NCBI GenBank assembly: GCA_963827655.1 | Contig: CAWHCF010000002.1 | Location: 64,001-128,000, forward strand | DNA length: 64,000 nucleotides | Direction: 5' to 3' | Source of the DNA: an uncultured Acidobacteriota bacterium | GTDB taxonomy: Bacteria; Acidobacteriota; UBA6911 | In this document: piece by piece, positions 8,742-19,593 of the stretch | Position numbering within the stretch: position 1 is the first letter of the stretch | How the letters are laid out: each line of letters starts with the position of its first letter | Notes under the pieces: generated by a model | Database searches by the model: none | What the model was told of the DNA's origin: nothing | Seen by the model: only the letters and a program-made list of their open reading frames with translations | Position numbers and translations under genes: made by a program

Positions 8742-10708
8742 ATGAGCAGAAAGATTGCTTTGATGGTTTTGCTGAGCTGGCTTCCGTCCTCGACTGCCGC
8801 GGCGCAACAACCGGCGTAACGGCGCGGAAAACACCAATCCTGACGGTTGATAACCTGACCTTCAAAGATCTCAACAAGAACGGTGTGCTGGACAAGTATG
8901 AAGACTGGAGACTGCCGGTAGAGGTAAGGGTTGCGGACCTGGTATCGAAGATGACCCTCGCCGAGAAGGCCGGTCTGATGGTGCATTCATCGCTTCAGGG
9001 CTTCACAGGGCCAGCCGGGGTCGTGCTTGACGCGCCCGTCCGAAGCGGTCCGGAGTTGCTGGGTCCTGCGAATCGTCCAGGACCTCCGGGCGTAACTACC
9101 GCGGATCGGCCCTCTCCGAGAGAACTCATCCAGCAAAGGAACGTCAGGTGGGTCCGGGTCCGTCCGAGCCCCTGGGATGCGCCGGAGGTCACCGCGCGCT
9201 TTTCAAACGGCATGCAAGAGATCGCCGAAGGATCCCGCCTGGGCATACCCATCAGCTTCAGCTCGGATCCGAGGCACTCATCCCGCCGTTTCCAAGCCGC
9301 AGCCTCGGGCCCGCAGGGGAAACCCAATATTTCGCAGTGGCCCGAGCAAATCGGATTCGCTGCCATTGGCGATCCCAACGTGGTCAGAGAGTTCGGCCGG
9401 ATCGCTGCCCAGGAATATCGGGCCCTCGGCCTTCAAACCTCGTTATCTCCGATGGCCGATGTCGCGACGGAGCCTCGCTGGAATCGAGTGCCCGGAACAT
9501 TTGGCGAGGATGCCAAGCTGGCCGGCATACTGGTGAAGGCCTACGTTGAAGGCTTTCAGGGCAAACAATTGGGTCCGGAGAGCGTTATGTGTGTGGCCAG
9601 GCACTTCCCCGGCGGCGGTGCGGTGAAGGATGGGCCGGATTCGCACGACGAGTCTGGAAAGTGGCAGGCATATCCGGGAAAACACTTTGACTACCACCTG
9701 ATCCCGTTTCAGGCTGCGATTGAAGCAGGTACGGCCGGAATCATGCCAGGCTACGCGATTCCCGTTGGGGTCGACACCGTCGGAATGACCTTCTCGAAGA
9801 TCATCGTAACCGACCTGTTGCGCAGGAAGTACGGATTCAACGGTTTGGTAGTTACCGATTGGCTGAGAAGTGTGCCCTGGGGCGTCGAGCACTTGACGGA
9901 AAAGGAACGGCAACGGCTCATCGTCGAAGCCGGCGTAGATCAGATTGGCGGAGACAGCAATCCCCGCTACATTATCGAAATGGTCAAAGAAGGCGCCGTT
10001 CCGGAAAGGCGGATAGATGACTCGGCCAGGAGAGTTCTCAAACCGCTGTTCCAATTGGGCCTGTTTGAGAATCCGTATGTCGATCCCGACCGCGCCCGGT
10101 CTATTGTGGCCAGCAGCCATTTCATGCAGGCAGGAGAAAAAGCCCAGAGAAAATCGATTGTGCTTTTGAAGAACGCGAACAGGCTGCTGCCGTTACCCGG
10201 AAACACAAAGTTGTATGTCGAAAACATGAGCAAGGACGCCGCGGCCCAGTATGGCACTCTGGTCGACGATCCGAAAAATGCCCACGCGGCAATTATCAAG
10301 GTAACCGCGCCCTACGCATTGCGCCCGGTCGGCGGTCGCCTTGCAAGAGGAGCGCACGAAGGAACCCTGGCCTATGCCGGAGCCCACAATGCGAAGGAAC
10401 TCGAGGCTATCAAGAGGATCGCTTCCTCCGGAACACCCACAATCGTTGTCATGTATATGGACCGTCCCGCGGTCCTTTCCGAGTTCATCGACGAGGTTCG
10501 CGCCGTGCTGGCCCACTTCAGCTCCAACGACAACACCATCCTCGACATCGTGTTCGGCCGGCACCGTCCCGGCGGGAAGCTGCCATTCAATCTGCCCAGA
10601 GACAGCGCATCGGTAGCAAAACAATACCCGGATGTGCCTCACGACCTGGAAAATCCTCTCTTCCGATTCGGATTTGGCCTATCCTACGGAACGGAAATCC
10701 GGCGGTAG
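8742..10708 (+). CDS. Periplasmic glycoside hydrolase family 3 (beta-glucosidase-like); apparent frameshift near 8815
   Basis: KDLNKNGVLDKYEDWRL, SRLGIP..SSDPRH, TEPRW.R..GTFGED, RHFPGGG, VVTDW nucleophile, GKLPF. Signal peptide MSRKIALMVLLSWLPSSTAAAQQPA (ATG 8742, RBS AAAGGAG) is in a different frame from the body. Confidence 0.88.
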
Positions 10709-10766
10709 GGCAAAAGCAACCTCGTTTGTTGGCCGCCGATGACGAACCTTCACAGGAGGAAAACAA

Positions 10767-11432
10767 ATGGGGCGAATACTGATGAGCATCAGCCTTGTGC
10801 TGGCAACCGCCCTCTCCGGCCCGAGCGCGGGATGCCAATCGAGGAGTTCCGATGCCACGCCACTGCCTCTGGCCAGGACCGAACCGGAAAAGAAAATCCT
10901 GTCGGTGCTCGACGAGATGCGCCAGTCCGGAAGAATATATCTCAGTGTCCCGGTTAGCGACGGCCGCGTACTGCGGCTGCTCACCGAAGCGGTGGGGGCC
11001 AAGACGGTAGTCGAGATCGGCACCTCGACCGGTTACTCCGGACTCTGGTTCTGCCTCGCCTTGCAGAAGACCGGCGGCAAGCTGACCACGTTCGAAATAG
11101 ACTCGGGCCGGGCCGCGACAGCGCGCAAGCACTTCGAGCAGGCCGGCGTCGGCCAGATGGTCAACCTCATCGAAGGAGATGCCCACGAAAAGTTGTCCGG
11201 CTTGAAAGGACCGATTGACGTGGCATTCATCGACGCCGACAAGGAGGGCTACGTTGATTACCTGAATAAGCTGCTCCCGCTTGTGCGGCCTGGCGGCCTG
11301 ATCCTGGCCCATAACGTGACCATGGCCGCCGTAAAGGAAGGATACGTCAAGCAGGTCCTGGCCAACCCCGACCTGGAAACGATCTTCTACAGCGACGGCG
11401 GCGGACTGGGCGTAACCCTGAAGAAGCGCTGA
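10767..11432 (+). CDS. Class I SAM-dependent O-methyltransferase (caffeoyl-CoA OMT-like) with N-terminal signal-like sequence
   Basis: VVEIGTSTGYSG, EID, GDA, FIDADK..Y, PGGLILAHN; RBS CAGGAGG. Confidence 0.88.
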   Translation: MGRILMSISLVLATALSGPSAGCQSRSSDATPLPLARTEPEKKILSVLDEMRQSGRIYLSVPVSDGRVLRLLTEAVGAKTVVEIGTSTGYSGLWFCLALQKTGGKLTTFEIDSGRAATARKHFEQAGVGQMVNLIEGDAHEKLSGLKGPIDVAFIDADKEGYVDYLNKLLPLVRPGGLILAHNVTMAAVKEGYVKQVLANPDLETIFYSDGGGLGVTLKKR

Positions 11433-11586
11433 CCCACCTTGCGTATTCGCGTCCTCGCGGTGGTTTTGTTCTTGACACTCCGGTAGTCGGTCGTTGCATA
11501 CTCCTCGCATCGAATGGATTCCAACCTCCGGAAAGCCAGTTGGTCCTGGCATCCCAGCGCAGCTTCCGGTTTTGAAAGGACGGTTT

Positions 11587-14500
11587 ATGAAGAGATCGAA
11601 CGCCATCGGCTGTTTGCTCATCGCCTGCCTGGCGCTTGCCGTGCCGGTCTTCGCCCAATCCGACCGGGGCGTCCTCACCGGCAGTGTGAAAGATGCCTCC
11701 GGCGCCGTCATTCCGGGCGCCTCGGTTACGGCGACTAATGCCGCCACGAATGTCTCCACTCGCACCATCTCGACTGACGACGGACTCTACGCGATCCCCG
11801 CGCTCCCCTCAGGGACCTACAAGGTCCGCGTCGAGCTCACGGGATTCAAGGCATGGGAGCAGTCGCAGGTCGTGCTGGCGGCCTCGACGACCGTGCGCGT
11901 CGACGCGACGCTGGAAGTCGGCCAGATCAACGAATCCGTCGAGGTCAGCAGCACAGCTCCGCCTCTGCAGACCGAAAACGCGAGGATCTCCTCATCGGTC
12001 AGCAACAAGATGGTCGACGAGCTGCCGCTGGTAGTCGCGGGCGCGATGCGCAGTCCGTTCGACCTGGCGCTCATCACGCCCGAGGCCAAGCAAGTCGAGG
12101 GATCCGGAACCGCCAGCGACGAGACGTTCGGACTGGGTGGCGGCCAGGTTGCTTCCTGGGGAATCACGCTGGACGGTGTTTCCGCCGGAACGGGGCGCTT
12201 CGCCTCGGTTCAATGGGCCAGCGTGAACACGCCGTCGCTCGACGCGATCACAGAGTTCACCGTCGATACCAATGGCTTCAAGGCCGAGTTCGGCCGCGCC
12301 TCGGGCGGTATCATGACTTTTGCATCCAAGTCCGGGACCAACAGCCTGCATGGAACCGCGTATGAGTTTCTCCGCAACGATGCATTCGACGCGCGCCGAT
12401 TCTTCGAGGCAACCCGGGGCACCTACAAACAGCACGACTTCGGCTGGAGCGTGGGAGGGCCGGTCGTGATCCCGAAGCTTTACGACGGCCGGCAAAAAAC
12501 GTTCTTCTTCAGCTCGATGGAATGGTTTCGCAACCGCGTCGGCGCCACGAGCAACGTCCTGAGCGTCCCGACGCCCGAGATGTACCAGGGCGACTTCAGA
12601 AACTGGGTCGACCAGAACGGGACCAGGCTGACAATCTACGATCCGGCGACCACGAGACCCAACCCCAGCGGCACCGGGTTCATCCGCGACCCCTTTCCCA
12701 ACAACATAATTCCTCAGAGCCGCTTCTCGAGCTTCGCGCAGGCGGTCATCAAGGCAGCCGGCGGCGTCGGCGTTCCCAACGTGGCCGCCGCGCCCGGAAC
12801 GAGCGCTTATGTCAGGAATAACTTCGTGAACGATCAGGGATCAGTCCTCGACCCCTGGACCAAGTTCAGCGCCAAGGTCGACCACAATTTTTCCGAGGCG
12901 CACAAGTTCAGTTTTCTTTATAACTACGGCCAGCACCTGAGGGAGCCCGGGTCCAGCGGTCCGACCGGACTGCCGGGGATTCTCAGCACGTTTCGAACCG
13001 GAGACCAGCGCAGCGACGTATATCGTGCCAGCTACACCTGGGTCATCCGTCCCACGCTGGTCAACAACATGTACGGCGGCGGGAACAACTGGCGCGAGTT
13101 GAACGCCTCGCTCAACGCCACCGGAGGCTGGCAGGCGAAGGGTGTCTGCCTGATCAACGCCTTCGACTGCGACCGCAACTTCGTCCAGGTCACGTTCTCC
13201 GACTACAGTACGTGGGGCGACTCGGCCGGAGATGGAAGTGAAAACGTTGTCTACTCGTTCGGCGACGACCTGTCGTGGATCAAGGGGAAGCACAACTTCA
13301 AGATGGGCTACCTCTGGGAGCTGATCCACTATAACGGCTTTGGCCGACAGACGATCTCCGGCCTGGTGAACGGCGATCGGCGCAGCACCAGCGTTCCCGG
13401 AAACAACAACATTACCACCGGCGGCGGAAACGGCTTCGCCTCTTTCCTTCTGGGCGAGTCGTACTCGGGCGGGACCGAGAACGACCGCTTCGTCGGCCAG
13501 GAGTGGCGCAGCCACTCGATGTACTTCCAGGACGACTGGAAGGTGTCGCAGCGCCTGACCGTGAACCTCGGGTTGCGCTACGAGTTCACCCTTCCGCCGA
13601 TCGAACAGCTCGATAAATGGAGCGACTTCACCCCCGACAAGCCGAATCCCGGCGCCGACGGGTTCCCGGGCGCTCTGCGCTTCGCCGGATTCGGTCCCGG
13701 CCGCGAGAACTCGCGCACGCTCGTGGGCGGATGGTATGGAGGTTTCGGCCCGCGCTTCGGTCTGGCCTACAGTCTCAGCGACAAGACCGTTCTGCGCGTT
13801 GCCGCGGCGCGCAGCTTCGGCGTGGTCAAGACGGTGACCGGAAGCACCCACTTCGAAGGCGCGATCAGCATCTTCCGGCCGACGTCAACCGATAACGGGA
13901 TTACCTCGGCCTTCAATATGGACCGGGGCCTCCCACCCTTCCCTCAGCCGCCGAGCATCGACCCGGCGTTCTCCAACGGCAACAACACCGCGTACTGGAA
14001 CAACGAGGCCGTGCGTCTGCCGGAAAGCTACGACTGGACGCTATCGATTCAGCGGCAGCTCGGGAATTCGTGGGTGGTCGAAACCGCGTACAACGCGACG
14101 ATCGGCGCCCATCTGGTCTCGGGCCTCTTGCGCATGAACCAGGTCCACTTCAGCAACTTCCAGAAGTACGGTCTCACACTGCTGCAGTCCAACATCAACT
14201 CCGCGGCCGCCATTGCGGCGGGGATTCCCAAGCCCTACCCGAGCTTCAACGGCAGCGTGGCGCAGGCGCTCCGTCCGTTCCCGCAATATCTCGACATCCA
14301 GACCCGGGAGGGTCACGGTGACAAGAGCGGCCATTCGAGCTACCATGCGGCGGTGCTCAAGCTCGAGAAGCGCTTTTCGGCAGGCTTTCAAATGCAGACG
14401 TCCTACGTTTTCTCGAAGCTCTTGACCGATTCCGACAGCTACATCGGCGACAACTCCGCCATCGATCATTACAACCGGCGGCTGGAGAAGTCGATCGGGC

Positions 14501-15066
14501 AGTACGATCAGACGCACAACTTCAAGGCCAGTTACATCTACGAGCTTCCCTTCGGCAACGGCCGGCGATGGTTGACGAGCGGGTTCGGCTCGAAGGTGTT
14601 CGGCGGCTGGCGCCTCGCGGCCTTCCACTACTATGCGAGCGGAACGCCGCTGGAGCTGACCAACAGCAACAGCTACAACATCTTCAACGGGCGGGGGGCG
14701 GCAACGGTCTCGACGTACGACGGATGGACTACGGAGCTCGAAAACCCGGACTGGCGCGGCGCCGACCGCTTCTTTCAGCCGAGGTCATTCTTCGGCCCTC
14801 AACCGACCGACCGGCTGGGCAATACGACCCGTCACAACGCGAAGGCGCGGACCTTTCCGAACTACGGCGAGAACTATTCTCTGGCGAAGTCGTTCCGGAT
14901 GACCGAAACTGCGCGGATAGATATTCGCTGGGAGCTGTTCAATCTGCTCAACCGGGCGCGCTTCGAAACCGGAGCCCGGAATCTGGACGATCCGAACTTC
15001 GGCCGGGTTCTGAACACGATCAACGAGCCGCGGCGCATGCAGTTTGGATTGAAGCTCTACTTCTGA
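11587..15066 (+). CDS. Oar-like TonB-dependent receptor with carboxypeptidase-regulatory-like N-terminal domain
   Basis: Signal peptide, GSVKDASGAVIPGA, KSGTNSLHGTAYEFLRN, YFQDDWKV..LTVNLGLRYE, terminal PRRMQFGLKLYF. Confidence 0.92.
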   Translation: MKRSNAIGCLLIACLALAVPVFAQSDRGVLTGSVKDASGAVIPGASVTATNAATNVSTRTISTDDGLYAIPALPSGTYKVRVELTGFKAWEQSQVVLAASTTVRVDATLEVGQINESVEVSSTAPPLQTENARISSSVSNKMVDELPLVVAGAMRSPFDLALITPEAKQVEGSGTASDETFGLGGGQVASWGITLDGVSAGTGRFASVQWASVNTPSLDAITEFTVDTNGFKAEFGRASGGIMTFASKSGTNSLHGTAYEFLRNDAFDARRFFEATRGTYKQHDFGWSVGGPVVIPKLYDGRQKTFFFSSMEWFRNRVGATSNVLSVPTPEMYQGDFRNWVDQNGTRLTIYDPATTRPNPSGTGFIRDPFPNNIIPQSRFSSFAQAVIKAAGGVGVPNVAAAPGTSAYVRNNFVNDQGSVLDPWTKFSAKVDHNFSEAHKFSFLYNYGQHLREPGSSGPTGLPGILSTFRTGDQRSDVYRASYTWVIRPTLVNNMYGGGNNWRELNASLNATGGWQAKGVCLINAFDCDRNFVQVTFSDYSTWGDSAGDGSENVVYSFGDDLSWIKGKHNFKMGYLWELIHYNGFGRQTISGLVNGDRRSTSVPGNNNITTGGGNGFASFLLGESYSGGTENDRFVGQEWRSHSMYFQDDWKVSQRLTVNLGLRYEFTLPPIEQLDKWSDFTPDKPNPGADGFPGALRFAGFGPGRENSRTLVGGWYGGFGPRFGLAYSLSDKTVLRVAAARSFGVVKTVTGSTHFEGAISIFRPTSTDNGITSAFNMDRGLPPFPQPPSIDPAFSNGNNTAYWNNEAVRLPESYDWTLSIQRQLGNSWVVETAYNATIGAHLVSGLLRMNQVHFSNFQKYGLTLLQSNINSAAAIAAGIPKPYPSFNGSVAQALRPFPQYLDIQTREGHGDKSGHSSYHAAVLKLEKRFSAGFQMQTSYVFSKLLTDSDSYIGDNSAIDHYNRRLEKSIGQYDQTHNFKASYIYELPFGNGRRWLTSGFGSKVFGGWRLAAFHYYASGTPLELTNSNSYNIFNGRGAATVSTYDGWTTELENPDWRGADRFFQPRSFFGPQPTDRLGNTTRHNAKARTFPNYGENYSLAKSFRMTETARIDIRWELFNLLNRARFETGARNLDDPNFGRVLNTINEPRRMQFGLKLYF

Positions 15067-15078
15067 AGTCGAGCTGAT

Positions 15079-15120
15079 TTCGCGTCCTGGCGGAAAGAAG
15101 ATCTACCGCCAGGACGCGAA
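15079..15120. terminator. Perfect 15-bp stem hairpin between convergent genes, built from family A repeat units
   Basis: ttcgcgtcctggcgg / ccgccaggacgcgaa with a 12-nt loop; no clear U-tract. Confidence 0.55.
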
Positions 15121-15150
15121 GCCGCAATCTCCCCACTACGCCAGCCGAAA

Positions 15151-15567
15151 CTAGAGCAACCTCGTTATCGCCGCCGCAAAACCGCGAAGATCGCCCAGGT
15201 TCCCGCGGATTATTTCGTACACCTGTCCGTAGTCCACTTTCGAATAAACGTGGACGAGGAGGTTGCGAAATCGTGCCATTTGCTGAAGGCGATCGGCCAG
15301 GTCCCCGGAAATGAGCCCCGCCTGGCACAGGATCTCGAAACACTCGGCGTATTCCTCCGGGATTTTTCGCAGTCGCTTCGCGGCGACGTGGTAGCAGAGG
15401 GCCAATGCAGACTCAATAACAATAAGGAGGCGGTAACACGCAATATCAAGGGTGTCCTGGTTTGCCTGGAATTGCTCTTTGGTGAGGCCTTGAAATCGCT
15501 CCAAACGTTGAATTGAATCTTCAATCTCTGCGCATCGAGACCTGACGAGGTCGGCGTTCAAGCTCAT
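15151..15567 (-). CDS. hepT: HEPN (DUF86, HepT-like) RNase toxin
   Basis: RNLLVHVY fits the RX4HXY motif; 4-nt overlap with the upstream nucleotidyltransferase gene. Confidence 0.88.
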   Translation of the reverse strand: MSLNADLVRSRCAEIEDSIQRLERFQGLTKEQFQANQDTLDIACYRLLIVIESALALCYHVAAKRLRKIPEEYAECFEILCQAGLISGDLADRLQQMARFRNLLVHVYSKVDYGQVYEIIRGNLGDLRGFAAAITRLL

Positions 15568-15977
15568 GGGGAAAAGGCCTCTTTCGTGCTCCTCAGCAGT
15601 AGTGGCGCAATGTCGAGGTACCGGCGTACTGTGTTTTCCATGATTGTCGACAGGAGGTCGTCATCGTGGGTGAGGATCAGCTGTCCTTTCATGACGTGAT
15701 ATAGAAAGGTGACAGGCGCGTCATTCAAAATTCTGACGTCTACCGGGATTTTCAGCCGAACGCTGAGCCGGCGACCAAGCATCGACGACAACATCATGCT
15801 TGACCGGGGGTCACGAAGATACACCCCTACATCCAAATCGTGAAAGGGTGCGCATTCTGCGAAGGAACCATACAGATAGGCGAACGCAATTTCATAGTGA
15901 GACGCTAGTTCTTTGGCCAGCGCATCCATGATGCCTGGGCGCTCACCAGGATCATTACTGTACAATCTCCTCTTCAT
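15564..15977 (-). CDS. mntA: Minimal nucleotidyltransferase antitoxin (MntA-like)
   Basis: AYLYGSFAE...HDLDVGV (GS..DxD), VDVRILNDAP. Confidence 0.88.
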   Translation of the reverse strand: MKRRLYSNDPGERPGIMDALAKELASHYEIAFAYLYGSFAECAPFHDLDVGVYLRDPRSSMMLSSMLGRRLSVRLKIPVDVRILNDAPVTFLYHVMKGQLILTHDDDLLSTIMENTVRRYLDIAPLLLRSTKEAFSP

Positions 15978-16007
15978 CTTGAGTTTTGAACGCCGGGCTC
16001 GAAGATA

Positions 16008-17315
16008 TCACCACTCGGCTACCGAGCCATCCTGATGAAACACGCGCGCCATGGGGCGTGTGCCTCCGAAGGGATACTTTTTCAGCGCCTCCTCGGTCAG
16101 GTCAAAGCCCAGCCCCGGTTTCTCGGGTAGCGGGAAGCGGCCGTTGACCATGCGCATCGCCGGAAACCCAAGCCACTCTTCCCACACCTTCTCCTTCATC
16201 TCCGGCTGAACGCCGCTGCAGATTTCCTGCACCAGGAAGTTCGGCATGGCTGCGTCGACGTGGACCGTCGCCAGGCCGCCGATCGGACCTTCGCAAGCGT
16301 GAGGCGCCATGGAGATTCCGGAGGCTTCTGCCATGGCCGCCACCTTCCACAGCGCCGTTACTCCGCCCACATGGTTGATGTCGGTCTGCAGAATGTCGAC
16401 CACGCCCATCTCGACGAGCTCGCGGCACGAAAACGAAGCCACCAGCCGCTCTCCGGTGGCAATGGGCGTGGTGGACCGCCGCGCGATTCGCGCCATAGCT
16501 TTTACATTTTCGGGCGGGCAGGGCTCCTCGATAAACAAGAGGTTGAGCGGTTCCACTTCCTTCACCAGAATCGAGGCCACGGCCGGACTGGTCTTGGCGT
16601 GAAAATCAATTCCGATATCGATCTCCGGTCCCAGACCTTCGCGCAGCATCTGCATGGCGCCGACCGCGCGCTTGATCTTGGCATGAGTCTCGATCCACTC
16701 GTAGTATCCCGGGATGCCACTCTTGAAACATGTAACCCCCAGGCTGACGGCATTCTCGCGCAGGCGCGCAAGCTCCTCCCGGGTCTGGGCGCGCGCGTGA
16801 TAATATCCGCGGACACCGCGGGGATCCATCGGGCCGCCCAGAAGCTTGTAAACCGGAAGTCCGAGCACCTTCCCTCGAATGTCCCACAGCGCCTGGTCGA
16901 TTCCCGATATCGCCGAACCAATGACCGGACCGGCACGGTAAAAGGTGTGGACGTACATCGATTGCCAGTGGTGCTCTACCTGCATCGGATCGCTGCCGAT
17001 GATGAAGTCACGAAAGTCGTTGACGCATGCAATGACGGCTCCGGCCTTGCCTTCGAGCGTCCCCTCTCCCCACCCGATGACGCCGGCGTCGGTTTCCAGT
17101 TTGACGAATACGTAAGGCCGGTCAGAATCGGGCGTCAACGATACGCCGAAGACCTTCATGTTGGTGATTTTGATTTTCGATCCGACTGAGAGAAAGGCCT
17201 CGCTACCGGCCGGGTTTTGAGCCTGAGGGCCGAAGCAGACGCACTCCGCAGCAGCAGCTATTTTCGGACCAGCCAGCGCTCCAGCCATACCGCCCAGAAA
17301 CTGACGTCGTCTCAT
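16008..17315 (-). CDS. Mandelate racemase/muconate lactonizing (enolase superfamily) enzyme, galactonate dehydratase-like, with Tat signal
   Basis: MRRRQFL; GWGE, SAISGIDQALWDIRGK, metal ligands IDFH / IEEP / TGER, APH, QE, PGLG. Confidence 0.88.
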   Translation of the reverse strand: MRRRQFLGGMAGALAGPKIAAAAECVCFGPQAQNPAGSEAFLSVGSKIKITNMKVFGVSLTPDSDRPYVFVKLETDAGVIGWGEGTLEGKAGAVIACVNDFRDFIIGSDPMQVEHHWQSMYVHTFYRAGPVIGSAISGIDQALWDIRGKVLGLPVYKLLGGPMDPRGVRGYYHARAQTREELARLRENAVSLGVTCFKSGIPGYYEWIETHAKIKRAVGAMQMLREGLGPEIDIGIDFHAKTSPAVASILVKEVEPLNLLFIEEPCPPENVKAMARIARRSTTPIATGERLVASFSCRELVEMGVVDILQTDINHVGGVTALWKVAAMAEASGISMAPHACEGPIGGLATVHVDAAMPNFLVQEICSGVQPEMKEKVWEEWLGFPAMRMVNGRFPLPEKPGLGFDLTEEALKKYPFGGTRPMARVFHQDGSVAEW

Positions 17316-18469
17316 GCTGCGTTCTCCCTGTATTTCTGAAGCGCGTCTTCGTTGACCGAGATCCCCAGGCCCGGCCCGCTCGGAAGTTCCACAAATCCAT
17401 CTTTGACTTCCTCGACCGGGCGGGATATCAGAGCCGCTCGCATACGCCGGTCTTCTTCCGCCTTAGGGAAAGGGATCTGCTGGATGAAGAAATTCGGAAT
17501 GCTGGCCGCCAGGTGAAGCGCGGCCGCTGTTGCGATGGGCCCGCCGTCATGATGCGGCGCCAGCGCGACGTAGTAGGTTTCGGCCAGAGCCGCTATCTTT
17601 CGAATTCCGCTGATTCCATTGAACGACAAGTCGGGACGGAGTACGTCCACGGCTTCCTGGCGCAGCAGATCCTGGAACTGGCCTCCCTGGCTGATTCTTC
17701 GACCGAATCCGAGGGGAGTGACGCTTTCGGAGGAGATTTTGACCAGTCCCGACAGATTGGAGATTCTGCAGGGCTCATCAAACCAGAGCAGATGAAACCG
17801 TTCGAGCGCGGAACAAAGGCTGGCCGTGTCGCCCGGCGACAGGGACTCGGCTCCGGCCAGCGCGAAGTCGAGTGTTTCTCCGCCGGCTGTGCGCAGTGAT
17901 TCCATGCGCTTGCGCGTCTTGTGAACGAACGCCTGCCCCTGGTTGGGCGCTGCTACCGGCGGTAGTGGAACCAGGAAAGCCCGATAGCCGGCTTGCTGGG
18001 CGCGCTTCAGCGAGGAAATCAGGTCCTCGTCGGAATCGCCCTCGAGCGCCGTTATGGCGCGCGCCTTGTTGCGCGTGGGGCCGCCCAGGATGTGATGAAC
18101 CGGGGCTTTGGCAAATTGACCGATCACATCAAGCAGGGCCATGTTGACGGCGGCCTCGATACCTGGTACGGGCGCCAGTTGCCGTCTTGCCGATTCAAAA
18201 GCCGTAGCCGGCATCCCGATCACGACTTTCTTTGCCTGCTCGAGGGCCTGGGCAGAAACCGCGGCGCACTCTCCGAATCCCGCCAGACCCGATTCAGTTT
18301 GAATCTTGACGATCGTGTAGCTGCGACGGGAGACCGGCTCGCGCAGCGCGTAGCTCCGAAGCTCGGTCACGGTGAGCTGGCGTTCGACATCCGAGCTCGG
18401 CTTGACCGGAGCCTGGGCCAGGTTCCTGGGAATCAGTCGCGCCCGCCGCAATCTTGTCGTTCGCAGCAT
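17312..18469 (-). CDS. Second enolase-superfamily protein with degenerate metal ligands
   Basis: GFGE, NMALLDVIG, LGGPTRNK, APHH and PGLG are conserved, but the DFH and GE motifs are replaced (LAG, GR); 4-nt overlap with the next gene. Confidence 0.8.
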   Translation of the reverse strand: MLRTTRLRRARLIPRNLAQAPVKPSSDVERQLTVTELRSYALREPVSRRSYTIVKIQTESGLAGFGECAAVSAQALEQAKKVVIGMPATAFESARRQLAPVPGIEAAVNMALLDVIGQFAKAPVHHILGGPTRNKARAITALEGDSDEDLISSLKRAQQAGYRAFLVPLPPVAAPNQGQAFVHKTRKRMESLRTAGGETLDFALAGAESLSPGDTASLCSALERFHLLWFDEPCRISNLSGLVKISSESVTPLGFGRRISQGGQFQDLLRQEAVDVLRPDLSFNGISGIRKIAALAETYYVALAPHHDGGPIATAAALHLAASIPNFFIQQIPFPKAEEDRRMRAALISRPVEEVKDGFVELPSGPGLGISVNEDALQKYRENAA

Positions 18470-18582
18470 CTCTCCTCCTCACCGCAAAGACGCCAAGACA
18501 CTAAGCTTGACAACACATCTCGCAAGGCCGCATCATCGCGCCTATTCATTCGAATTGCAAATCAATCTTGGGTAGTCTTTCT

Positions 18583-19490
18583 ATGGCTCCGAAGAACGCC
18601 TGCCGCGTTGTTGTATTCATCTTTATTCTGATTACCCTGCCCTGGACCGAGTCAAACGAATCGGATACAAGACCGACTTTTCGAGTTGGTGTAGAGACGG
18701 TTTTTATCAATGTTTCGGTCACCGATTCGCTCAACCGCTCTGTTGGAGGACTCGAGAAGGAGAGCTTTCGCATTTTTGAAGACACGGTCGAGCAGTCCAT
18801 CACTCACTTCATCGAGGAATCAGCTCCCGTCAGCATGGGAATTCTCTTCGATATAAGCCCGAGCATGAAGCGCAATATCCAGTCGGCTCGAAGATCTATC
18901 CTGCGTCTCCTGCAATCAGGAACTCCGGATGATGAGTTTTTTCTTGTGAGCTTCAATCAAAAGACGAAGCTGGTCCAGGGTTTCACCCGGGAGGCAGCCA
19001 GCTTGGAACGAAGCATCTCGTCGATCAAGCCGCGTGGGCGGACGGCGCTTTACGATGCGGTCCATCTCGGAATGGAACAAATCAGGGCGGCAAGAAACCG
19101 GAAGAGCGCCCTCATTCTGATTACCGATGGCGAGGATAACAGCAGCCGGTACACTGCCGCCGAAGTCAGGGAGCTGGCCAGCGAGTCCGGGGCTCCCATC
19201 TATGCCATCGGAGAGAAAGGTAAGCTGGGATACGGGCATCAGGAAATCCAAGGGTCTGGCGGATTTGACCGGAGGCCGTGCTTTTTTCCCGCAGACATTC
19301 AGTCAACTCGACTATTATGTGGACTTGATTCGCTCGGAATTGACCAACCAGTACGTCCTCGGGTATACCCCCGTCAACAAAGCCCGCGACGGAAAGTGGC
19401 GCAAGCTCCAGGTAAAACTTGCCGCACCTGAAGGTTTTTCGAAGATGATCGTTCGCGACGCGGCAGGGCTATTTCGCTTCGAACGAATAG
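18583..19490 (+). CDS. Acidobacterial VWA-domain protein; apparent frameshifts near 19250 and 19456
   Basis: FRVGVETV, MIDAS DISPS..TALYDA..TDGEDNSS; continues as LADLTGGRAFFP..QYVLGYTP..DGKWRK in a second frame and RQGYF in a third (stop 19488-19490). Confidence 0.8.
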
Positions 19491-19520
19491 CCCTCACTTC
19501 TTACCGAGTTTGAGGGCGGC

Positions 19521-19552
19521 AGCTGACAGCTGAAAGCTGACGGCTGATAGCT
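19521..19552 (+). repeat. Heptamer tandem repeat (AGCTGAC-like), about 4.5 units
   Basis: agctgac agctgaa agctgac ggctgat agct. Confidence 0.75.
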
Positions 19553-19593
19553 CCGCGGCATGATTCTTCGCGTCTTCGTGGTTGATATTGCCT

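Noticed and set aside
15151-15977. MNT-HEPN and Phd-VapC pairs as a novel defence system
   Set aside because: Both are canonical, well-described toxin-antitoxin modules with standard motifs, 28 kb apart and not in a defence island.
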